A stretch of DNA of 64,000 nt from the NCBI GenBank assembly GCA_965222115.1, contig CBDCTJ010000007.1, forward strand, positions 2,528,001-2,592,000, written 5' to 3'. Positions 50,239 through 58,854 of this stretch are shown piece by piece. Within the stretch, counting starts at the first letter, position 1. Each line of letters opens with the position of its first letter. Position numbers and translations under genes: made by a program. The notes under the pieces are model-generated. The model was not told the origin of the DNA. It made no database searches and saw only the letters and a program-made list of their open reading frames with translations. The stretch is from Planctomycetota bacterium (GTDB taxonomy: Bacteria > Planctomycetota > PLA2 > JAEUHO01).

Positions 50239-51156
50239 CTAGGCGCCTGCTAATGCGCTGCCCTTGGACAGTAGATCCAAGAACGCGCCTTCAAAGGGCG
50301 CTTCGGTGTTCCACAAGCTGTAGGCCACCTGCTTTTGCATACAGAACTGGCGTAGGTCCTCCACAAAGGCATCAAACGCGTTGGTGTATCGTTCCATGTC
50401 ACGTTTGTTGAGATGGATTCGACGCATTTCACCGGTCTCAACGTCCACCAATTGCAACTCGCCTTCCAGGCGCGGGCGGAGTTCGAGCGGATGCAGAAAC
50501 TGCACGACGTGAGTTTCCGCAGGCCAATGAAGCGCGCTCCGTAAGGATTCACGTGCCTGCGAGGGGTCGAGACTCAGAAGATCACTGAGCACAAAGACGA
50601 TGCCCTTGCGGCCCTGCCCCGGGCGAAACGCACGCAGGCACGAGAGATTGGTTTCACCTTGAAACGATAGGCCCGATAAGTGGTCGAGCACCTTGTGAAT
50701 GTGACCTTGGCCTTTGAGCGGGGGCGTGGCAATGTCAAGCGTGTCACCGAAGGTGCGCAGCGATACGCGGTGTTGGTTCATCAACGCGAGATAGGCGAGC
50801 GCAACGGCGAGCCGCAGCGACATGACGCGCTTCTCGGGGTGGGGCTCAATCATGGACGCCGAGCGGTCCAGCAGAATGTGAACGTGAAACTCTTGAATCT
50901 CTTCGAAGAGCTTTACATACAGCTTGTCCATGCGGGCATACAGCCGCCAATCGATACTTCGAAAGTCGTCGCTGGAGGTGTAGGAGCGGTAGTCCTTGAA
51001 CTCACGTGTAAATCCAAGTGCCGTGGTTTGTTCAGCGCCCTTTTTCTGAAGTTGGCGGCGCTTGCGTAGCTTGAAGAAGAGCGTACGGAGACGTCGCAAA
51101 AAGTCGGCATCAAAGAGCTGCTCGTCACTCGCATTGTCACTTACATAGTCACTCAT
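50239..51156 (-). CDS. DUF58 domain protein
   Basis: EFKDYRSY...DDFRSIDWRLYAR..KLYVKLFEE and ILLDRSASM motifs. Confidence 0.92.
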   Translation of the reverse strand: MSDYVSDNASDEQLFDADFLRRLRTLFFKLRKRRQLQKKGAEQTTALGFTREFKDYRSYTSSDDFRSIDWRLYARMDKLYVKLFEEIQEFHVHILLDRSASMIEPHPEKRVMSLRLAVALAYLALMNQHRVSLRTFGDTLDIATPPLKGQGHIHKVLDHLSGLSFQGETNLSCLRAFRPGQGRKGIVFVLSDLLSLDPSQARESLRSALHWPAETHVVQFLHPLELRPRLEGELQLVDVETGEMRRIHLNKRDMERYTNAFDAFVEDLRQFCMQKQVAYSLWNTEAPFEGAFLDLLSKGSALAGA

Positions 51157-54100
51157 CGCGGGTCCCCGTACCGCGCGATCCCGACTTTGGATCTGCCTTT
51201 TGTGTGGGCATTTCCAAGGCAACAACTTCGCTGTACGAACGCGTGGTGTAGAGCGCGCTCGGGTCTACAACCATTACGCGCGTGGCGCGAAGGTCGGTGG
51301 CTGTACTGCCGGTCTGCTGAATTACGGGGGGCTGGTAGTAGGGCATGCGGTAGCCGCGCCGCATCATCATCATGCGCGAACGATGCTGGGCCATAGCGAG
51401 CCTACTTTTGGCCGACGATTGGGCGTTTACCACGCCGCGGAACAGATAACGCAATCGCGGCGCCGCTTTGCGCTTCTTTCGTGTGCGGCCCCAGGCATCT
51501 ACGGTTTCTTCGTAGGCGTCATCCTCGTCTATGGCGAGTTCATGGGGCCATGGGACGTCCGCTACCGTGGTGCCGCTCTCCACGTGAATCGTTAGGATGC
51601 GCTCATCGCCTGCGGCATACACGTATCCATCCACATACGTGGCTCGGATCGGGTGATCGTTCGCGAAGTCTTTATCAAAGGCGATGAGGCGACGATTGCC
51701 GGTGATTGGATGTAGGCGCGTGATGCCCTTCTCACTGAGGAAGAGCAAGTGCTGCTGGTGCCGGCCCATGTACACGCCTGGCATTTCGTCGTGGACGTGC
51801 GTTCGGAATGGCTCACGAATGCTGGCGACCGTCAATGTGCCCTTGGCGGGCGCCGTTGTTTCAAGCGAATCGCGAAACAGGAGCAGGGATTCGTCTTCGA
51901 TGAGCCCCTTACGTTTTTGGTTGCCGATAAGCGGCGATCCCCAGTGGGCAACGGTCGCCACAGGATGCAACGTCGATGCGGATGACGCCGCGCTCCACGC
52001 GGGTGGCGGCGCGCCGAAGTGAGAACCCATGTAGATCGGGGTGCCGGAACTCGAATAAATCATGGGCGGGCTGCTCGCAAACGGCGAAGAACCGCCGCAG
52101 CTACCGCCGCACGACAAGCCTGAGGAGAATGATGAATAGATGGGGCCGCCCATGGGCATCCCACCGCCAAAGAGCGGCGAGGAGAACAAGGAGGACCAGC
52201 CGCCGCGACCACCACCGTCTTCGCGCTCGGGCTCTTTGAGTTCCACGGGTACGGAGCGAACCTTACTTGGGTCAAAGCGCCACAAGTGGTGTCCATCCGA
52301 TGCGTCGAGCACAAAGGTGTGTTTTCCGAACGCCAAGATGTGGTCGCCCTGTACCGAGAGACCTGAATTGGTGGCATGGGCGCCATCGGCCGCGTCCCCA
52401 AGTTCGTGCCACCACTTGACCTTGCCGTGAGCCGGCTCAATACAACGAATCTCTTCGGAATAGGCGTCGAACACAATGAGCCCATGCGGTGACGTCGCAA
52501 TGTGCACCGGACCGTGGTCGGCCACAATTCGCCACGCCAAGTTTCCGGCTTCATCGTAACACTCGACATTTGGACCGCGCACGAGTGCCACGCGATTGCT
52601 GGCGGGCAGCGCGACTTGACTTTCGCTCGTCACGGAACTCGGTAGTGTCCAGGTGAGCTTGCCCGACGCGCGATTCAAGCAATGCATCGCACCGTCGCTT
52701 GTAGTCAACAGCAGTCGCGCGTTGCCAAACCCAAGCAGCGCCGTGGGCCGACTGTCGTAGAGTTTGAATACCCAGCGCACCCGATCGGCGCCTGCCGGAC
52801 CTGCCCCGACACCCTTGCCCGTATTGGCGGCATTCGGCTTCGTGCTAGCGGGCGTGCCGTTGGTCCCCAAGTCGGCCATTCTCTCCAGCCCTTGCCACGA
52901 GGCGGCCAATCCATCGGGAAACGCAATCCACTCAGACTCATCGCCCATGGCCAACGTGTTCGCTCGCTTGCGTGACGGTTTGTTGTCGCGCGTCTTGGTC
53001 GTCCGACCGGCTTCTTCGCTTTGAAGGGTGCGAAGTTCCTTGAGTGTTTCTAAGGCATCGGCCTTTGCCTTTGTTCGTCCCAGGCGACCCAGTGCGTAAA
53101 CGCGAGACCAGCTCTGCCAAAGCGGGCGGCGGGTTGGGGGATACAAGCGTTCTGCTCGGTCAAGCGTGCTCAATGCCTGAATGAACTCGCCTTCATGTCC
53201 CCGACGAAATGCAGCGGATACACCGCGCCAGTAACTGTCGGATAGGTGTTCTCGCAGTAGGCGACGGGTTTCATTGGCAACCGGCATGCGTGGTATTCCA
53301 CGCAGAAGTCGCCGTAGCGTGCGGCGGAGTTTGTCCTCGTCGCCAACGGCTACAAGCGTGGTGATCCAGCGCTCCCAGTTGGAGCGACGCTCGGGTTCGG
53401 CCTGGGTGAGCCGCTCATAGATGCTTAACAGGCGCTCGTAGTCATTGAGTTGGCGGTAGGGGCGAGCGAGACGTGCCAAGAGCTCGGCGTCGCCGATCTT
53501 GGAAACATCCAGCGACTCGAGGTGCTTCTCAGCGCGTGGGTAGTCACGTTCATCAAAGTAGACCAACGCCAAACGCGCTTTGTATTCTTCGGCGTGATCG
53601 GTGTCGTCCTCGATAAGCGACTCAAGTTCCGCGCCGGCAAGTACGGAGTGGCGGGAATTGCGTTCTAGATGCAGCGCGAGATGTCGCCGCAAAGCAAGGG
53701 CTGCTTTCTCGGGTGGATTGCCTGCTAGCAACTCTTCTACCAGGGCACGTGCTTCGGCAATCCGGTAGCGGCGCGAACTCACGTCAAGAAACGCAGCGAT
53801 GCGGTCGACGCGCGTGCCATCCCAAGCACCGGTCTCTTGGGCGAGGCGGACCTGTTCTTGTTCCAAGAACTTGCCCGATTCGGCATACGATGCGGCAAAG
53901 TCGGTGGCAAGTGTAAGCCACCGTCGATAGCGCGCCGGGGAGTCGGCCAGACGACGAAGATCAAGGACAAGTCGTGCGCCACTACGAGGTCGAATCAAGT
54001 AGCCGCGAACTTTGAGTAGGGCCAAACCAAGTGCGAAGTGCTCGGGTTGTTTGGCGTGACGCTCCATGAGTGCGCGTTCGGCTTGCCGAAAGTGGCCCGC

Positions 54101-55678
54101 CTCCATCATGAAGTTCATGAGGTCTAAGAACTCATCGTTGCCAACGGCATCGGGGATGGGACGAACCATGAGGCGGTGTAGCGCCGCGCGGTCTCGTTGT
54201 GTGCGAAGCATTTCACCGAGTTCACGCAAGACGGCCGCGCGCTCGGGTGCCAAGTCGAGCGCGCGCATAAAGAGCGTAACGCTCGGCTTGGGGCGATTGT
54301 TTCCGCGTAAGAAACGTGCCATATCGAGCAGCCGCGAGACCTGCTTGTCGCTCGGAAGATTGGCAATGGCCTTTTCGAACTCCGCGGTGGCGTCTTTCGT
54401 GCGACGCAACAAGAACAGCGCGCGAATATGGCGATCGACGAGATCGTCGCGGCTAGGAAATTTCTCAATTCGTGCTTCGAGGTATTTGACGCGACGGCGT
54501 ACATCGCCCAAGTGATCGAAGACGTCCAGCGTTTCCTTTTCGAGCTGGGCCGAGTTGGGCATGCGCTTGGATGCATCAAGCAGTACGGTCAAGGCCTCGC
54601 GATGGCGATCGAATCCACGTAACATGCGCGCCAAGTCAAGGGCCACGGTATCTCGATTTGGGTGGTCGGCAACCGCTCTGCGCGCCGCGTCGAGCATGGT
54701 GTCGCGTTCGCCTTCGGATGCAATCAACCGTTGGCGCATGGTGAGCACTTCGGAGCGACGCCAATGATCGGCCGTCAATCGAGTCAGCAGCTTGTCGAGT
54801 CGATCGCGCGCGGCTTTGCTTCGGCGAAGCGATATCTCGCTAACCGCGGACAGCAACTCGATATCAATAATGGTCTCCGGCGAGGGTCCCGCCCCCGCGG
54901 CCTGCGTCAATACCTCTAACGCCTTCTCGTGCAGTCCAAATGAAGCAAGGCGCTTGGCCGCGCGCACCTTGCCCTCTGCCCGCGGACCTTGGATGTCGAT
55001 CATGGTCTTAACGTGGCGCTTGGCCACGTCGCGGCGATCGTCTTCCAAGGCGAGTTTGAGCAGCTTTTCAATCCACTTGGCGCGAGCCCGAGGATCGGTA
55101 CCAAACTCGACGGCCTTGTCGAGTGCGTCAATCGCCTTTGGATCGCCCGCCTCGTGCAAGTGTTCGAAGAGCAAGTAGTGCAGGTAGCCGCTCTTTGGGA
55201 ACACGCGCAGCGCTTCGCGCACCTGGTTGGCTGCCTCCGGATCGTTGATCGACGAAAGCAGCCGCACATAGACAATGCGCCCCGCTTCATCGTTGGGATA
55301 TACCGTGGTGTGTTGCCGGTACATGCCGACCAACCGATCGACCTCGCCGGCCTTTTGATACATCTCAAGCAATCGGGCGAAGAGTGCGTCCTGCGTTGGG
55401 TATTGTTGGAGGCGCGCGCGAAACTCCAGACTCCGCTCGTCCAAGCTCTGAGTTGCTGCACCCGTGTCGCGCTTGTCGATTTCTGCCGTCTTGTCCTCTT
55501 TGTTGTCTTCTTCGGCGAAGACCGTTGGGGTGAAGCGCAAGGCCTCGCCACCGCCAAGGGCGAATAGAACCAGCACAAGCCAAAGTAGAGAACGCGCCCC
55601 GCGCCAGCGCATCGAATGCGATGGGGACGACATGGCGGCACGCGACCGGTCGGTGCGTCGAGCACGGTACATAGACAC
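51149..55678 (-). CDS. Large exported TPR + PQQ-type beta-propeller protein
   Basis: Signal peptide, ~800 aa of TPR-like helices, then PQQ-like repeats (CLNRASGKLTW, CIEPAHGKVKW, LDASDGHHLW). Confidence 0.8.
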   Translation of the reverse strand: MSMYRARRTDRSRAAMSSPSHSMRWRGARSLLWLVLVLFALGGGEALRFTPTVFAEEDNKEDKTAEIDKRDTGAATQSLDERSLEFRARLQQYPTQDALFARLLEMYQKAGEVDRLVGMYRQHTTVYPNDEAGRIVYVRLLSSINDPEAANQVREALRVFPKSGYLHYLLFEHLHEAGDPKAIDALDKAVEFGTDPRARAKWIEKLLKLALEDDRRDVAKRHVKTMIDIQGPRAEGKVRAAKRLASFGLHEKALEVLTQAAGAGPSPETIIDIELLSAVSEISLRRSKAARDRLDKLLTRLTADHWRRSEVLTMRQRLIASEGERDTMLDAARRAVADHPNRDTVALDLARMLRGFDRHREALTVLLDASKRMPNSAQLEKETLDVFDHLGDVRRRVKYLEARIEKFPSRDDLVDRHIRALFLLRRTKDATAEFEKAIANLPSDKQVSRLLDMARFLRGNNRPKPSVTLFMRALDLAPERAAVLRELGEMLRTQRDRAALHRLMVRPIPDAVGNDEFLDLMNFMMEAGHFRQAERALMERHAKQPEHFALGLALLKVRGYLIRPRSGARLVLDLRRLADSPARYRRWLTLATDFAASYAESGKFLEQEQVRLAQETGAWDGTRVDRIAAFLDVSSRRYRIAEARALVEELLAGNPPEKAALALRRHLALHLERNSRHSVLAGAELESLIEDDTDHAEEYKARLALVYFDERDYPRAEKHLESLDVSKIGDAELLARLARPYRQLNDYERLLSIYERLTQAEPERRSNWERWITTLVAVGDEDKLRRTLRRLLRGIPRMPVANETRRLLREHLSDSYWRGVSAAFRRGHEGEFIQALSTLDRAERLYPPTRRPLWQSWSRVYALGRLGRTKAKADALETLKELRTLQSEEAGRTTKTRDNKPSRKRANTLAMGDESEWIAFPDGLAASWQGLERMADLGTNGTPASTKPNAANTGKGVGAGPAGADRVRWVFKLYDSRPTALLGFGNARLLLTTSDGAMHCLNRASGKLTWTLPSSVTSESQVALPASNRVALVRGPNVECYDEAGNLAWRIVADHGPVHIATSPHGLIVFDAYSEEIRCIEPAHGKVKWWHELGDAADGAHATNSGLSVQGDHILAFGKHTFVLDASDGHHLWRFDPSKVRSVPVELKEPEREDGGGRGGWSSLFSSPLFGGGMPMGGPIYSSFSSGLSCGGSCGGSSPFASSPPMIYSSSGTPIYMGSHFGAPPPAWSAASSASTLHPVATVAHWGSPLIGNQKRKGLIEDESLLLFRDSLETTAPAKGTLTVASIREPFRTHVHDEMPGVYMGRHQQHLLFLSEKGITRLHPITGNRRLIAFDKDFANDHPIRATYVDGYVYAAGDERILTIHVESGTTVADVPWPHELAIDEDDAYEETVDAWGRTRKKRKAAPRLRYLFRGVVNAQSSAKSRLAMAQHRSRMMMMRRGYRMPYYQPPVIQQTGSTATDLRATRVMVVDPSALYTTRSYSEVVALEMPTQKADPKSGSRGTGTRDE

Positions 55679-56790
55679 TACTCCGCGGCGTGGCTGGGAG
55701 CCGGGGTCTCACGAATCAAGGTGTCGATCAAATCATCCACATTGAGCGACTCGGCTTCACCTTCGAAGTTGAGAATGATGCGGTGGCGCAACGCGGGTTT
55801 GGCCGCGCGACGTACGTCGTCAATGGAGACCGCCGTGCGACCGTCGAGTAGGCAGTACACGCGGGCCGCTCGTATAAGCGTCTGCATGCCTCGTGGGCTG
55901 GCGCCATAGGCCACCATGCGCTTGACCTGCTCGTTGCCGTCGCCATCGGGATGGGTACTCAAAACCAGGGACGCGGCATACGTGGCAATGGGATCGGCCA
56001 CCGGCACATGCGTAATGAGCTGTTGGAAGCGCGTGAGATCGTCACCCGTCATCACCGTATCCACATCCGGCTCCACAAAGCCTGTGGTGCGGCGTGAGAT
56101 TTCGACCAACTGCTCTTTGCTGGGGTATCGCACACGCAACTTGAAAAAGAATCGGTCAAGCTGTGCTTCGGGAAGCGGATAGGTGCCTTCCATCTCCAGT
56201 GGATTTTGCGTTGCGAGCAAGAAGAAGGGCGCTGGTAAGTCGAACTGATCACCGCCCACCGTGACGCGTCGCTCCTGCATGACTTCCAATAGGGCGGCTT
56301 GCGTCTTGGGCGTGGCTCGGTTGATTTCATCGACGAGCAGCAAGTGTGTAAAAACGGGTCCCTTTTCAAATCGGAAGGAGCGATGCCCTCGATCGTCTTC
56401 ACTCACAATGTGGTTACCCAGAATGTCGGCAGGCATGAGATCGGGCGTGCACTGAATGCGACCAAAGCCGAGTTCAAGCACACGGCCCAACATGCGCACC
56501 AAAAACGTCTTACCGAGTCCGGGCACACCTTCTAAGAGCACATGACCGCCACTAAACACACCAATGAGCACGTCGCGAATGAGTTCGTCGTGGCCGACGA
56601 CCGCGCGTTGCATCTGCTTGAGCGTGTTTGGGAAGGTGGTGCGGAAGTGTTCAAACTCGGATGCGAGCGCTTTGGCGTCCTGGCCTTCAAACGCATCGCG
56701 CATCCCAGTGGCGGACGCAGTCGCGCTCGCCGAGGCCGTTCCACCTACGGGCACATCCCCGCGCCCCTCACTCGTCTGCGGGTCACTCAT
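55678..56790 (-). CDS. moxR: MoxR family AAA+ ATPase
   Basis: HVLLEGVPGLGKT, RIQCTPDLMPADILG, DEINRATPKTQAALLEVMQE, ATQNPLEMEGTYPLPEAQLDRF and GASPR motifs. Confidence 0.96.
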   Translation of the reverse strand: MSDPQTSEGRGDVPVGGTASASATASATGMRDAFEGQDAKALASEFEHFRTTFPNTLKQMQRAVVGHDELIRDVLIGVFSGGHVLLEGVPGLGKTFLVRMLGRVLELGFGRIQCTPDLMPADILGNHIVSEDDRGHRSFRFEKGPVFTHLLLVDEINRATPKTQAALLEVMQERRVTVGGDQFDLPAPFFLLATQNPLEMEGTYPLPEAQLDRFFFKLRVRYPSKEQLVEISRRTTGFVEPDVDTVMTGDDLTRFQQLITHVPVADPIATYAASLVLSTHPDGDGNEQVKRMVAYGASPRGMQTLIRAARVYCLLDGRTAVSIDDVRRAAKPALRHRIILNFEGEAESLNVDDLIDTLIRETPAPSHAAE

Positions 56791-56793
56791 GGC

Positions 56794-58812
56794 TTAGCGT
56801 CCTTCTTCTTTGGCGCGCGCAGGTTGCCCGGCTTCCGACCCAGGGTCTTCCAACCGACGGCGTAGTTCTGTGAAGTATCGAAGCACTTGTTCACGGCGCG
56901 ACAGGGGTATGGGGTCATCGGCCAGTGCTTCTTCTTGTGCCTTTAAGAACTCCACCGTGATGTCTTGCACCGAACGCGACGAGCCCTCCGAACGCGGTTG
57001 GCCATCGATGTCGCGGGTTGTGCTTGGGCCGGCGCCGCGAGGAGCCACGCTAATGCGTTCTTCGCGATTGGCGCGCGAACCGGGGCGCGTGCCCCCGCCC
57101 ATAGGTGCCGATCCTGAACCGGCACTGTTGCTGCTTGAGTTGCTCTGTGAGCCACTCTGTCCACCTTGACCGGGGATTACGCCTGCGCCAGAACTTGAGG
57201 AGCTACCTGCTCCTGAGCCGGAACCACTTCAGGTTCCGCCTGGGCCGCTCTTTCAGGTGCCGCCGGGTGATGTGCCCGGAATGGGGGCGCCGCCGCGTCG
57301 TCCTTTGTTGCCGGTCCCCGGTGTAGGGGTTCGCCCGCTCCGCGAGCGTCCACAGTTCGGTCAGCACGGTCCTTGATTGCCGGGTGGTGGTTGGGTGCCC
57401 GGCGTGGGGGTTGAGGACGATTGATGACTGTTGTAGCGACGATTGTTCTTGGGCTGATTGCGCTGATAGGACGAGTAGCGCCGCGTCAATGGAATCGGCT
57501 GATTTGAGTTGTTGTTGCGCAACGACTTGAGGTTGCGATTCGCGGTCATGGTTGTGAGCTGTTTCATGGTGCGGCCCGACTTGCCAAGCGCGCGCTGCCC
57601 CGATGCCCGCAGATTGCGTGCGAGACGACGAAGTTGATTGCGCATACGAAGTCGATTGGCCGCCTTTTTGTACTTGCGCGCCAGTTCACGGAGTTCGCGT
57701 GAGGCCCCCTTGGCGTCTTTGGCATCCAGTCGCTTCTGCGCCGCCGCCAAATGGCGACCCAAGGCAGTCTTTAGATCCTTGGCCGAAGCCTTCTTGAGTC
57801 CCGCGGCGAACGCAGTCGAAATCCTCGCGCGTTCTTCATGGGTGAGTTTGTCGGATGCCAATCGTTCGGCGAGCTTGAGCGCTTCGGCCGAGGCGCGCTT
57901 CATGTCTTCGGCGCGAAGTGCACCGGCGAGCGCTGCGGTGTCGGCATGTCGCTCCAACTCGGCCAACAGCGCGGAACTTACCTTTTCGCCCATGGCCTTA
58001 AGCCCGGCCGCCAGCTTTTCTGCTTCGCGTGCTTGCTTCTCAAGGGCTTCGAGCACCTTTCGAGACGACTGCTTCTCCTTTTCCTTCATCTTCTCGGCAC
58101 TGGCCTTCATTTCTTTCTTGAGATCGTCGAGTGCTTTGGCTTCTTCGGGCGTGAGAGCCTTCTTCTCGTCTTCGAGACGCTTCGCTTCGTCTTCCATGGC
58201 GGTGGCGACGTCGGTGGCATCAACCGTGCGGTCTTCAGGTGCAGAAATCTTGTCGATCACAACAATCGAGAGTGCAACGGCACAGAAGAGGGCCGGAGCA
58301 AGCAAGCTCGAGAGCGGTGCGCGCAGCGGTACATACGTGGACACCTTGGTACGCGCTTGATCCAGGGCTCGCGTAGCGCGTTCCATGTGGAGCATCTCGC
58401 CGGCATCGGTCGGCATACCTCCAGCGCGACGCTCAAAGGCATGGGCTGAAAGTAGGGTTTCGCCGGTTCCTGCGCTGCGGTCAACCAGTGCCAATGCAGA
58501 TGCGGGCGACGGTCTACGCAGAAGGCTGTAAAACAAACACGCCAAGGCCCAGACACCTACGGCCAACACACAGATTGCGACGCGCGCAAAGGCGGATTCC
58601 GGCGCCCAGGGGTGACCGAAGATACGGCTAAGCACTACCAGGACGGCCAGCGCGCCAAAAACGGGCCATGCACTGGCGCGAAGGGATCGGAACCAGTCTC
58701 GAAGCAAAAGCCTCGAAGCAAGGCGTTCACCAAACGCCGTAAACGGTCCTCCTACGGTTGCGTTCGATATGACGCGGTGCGCATCGGCTTGTGGTGTGGT
58801 TGGATTGTTCAT
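56794..58812 (-). CDS. Putative single ~672-aa membrane/coiled-coil MoxR-operon protein with three in-frame TGA codons (candidate Sec at codons 484, 520, 528)
   Basis: ORFs 57361..58812 and 56794..57102 share a frame. The gap reads GPC*PNCGRSRSGRTPTPGTGNKGRRGGAPIPGTSPGGT*KSGPGGT*SGSGSGAG...SAPM with TGA as the only stops. The C-terminus IPLSRREQVLRYF resembles the tail common to such MoxR-associated proteins. Confidence 0.75.
57198..57214 (-). promoter_or_regulatory. Candidate bacterial SECIS 3 (after TGA 57229..57231)
   Basis: Perfect 6-bp stem AGGAGC/GCTCCT starting at +15; loop AGGUA at +21. The GC-AGGU context matches the E. coli fdhF SECIS apex. Confidence 0.55.
57219..57238 (-). promoter_or_regulatory. 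Candidate bacterial SECIS 2 (after TGA 57253..57255)
   Basis: Perfect 7-bp stem CGGAACC/GGTTCCG starting at +15; loop UGAAGU at +22 contains the third UGA. Confidence 0.5.
57318..57360 (-). promoter_or_regulatory. Candidate bacterial SECIS 1 (after TGA 57361..57363)
   Basis: Upper stem CGCTC/GAGCG with loop GCG starting at +18 from the UGA; possible lower stem TGTGG/CTACA. Confidence 0.45.
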
Positions 58813-58854
58813 TGAAACCTCAGGTTTCGTTGTTTGGCGTGAAGAGACGACGCA

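Noticed and set aside
56794-58812. Simple pseudogene or frameshift
   Set aside because: There is no frame change, all three stops are TGA in similar contexts with downstream hairpins, and the rest of the operon is intact. Disfavoured but not fully excluded.
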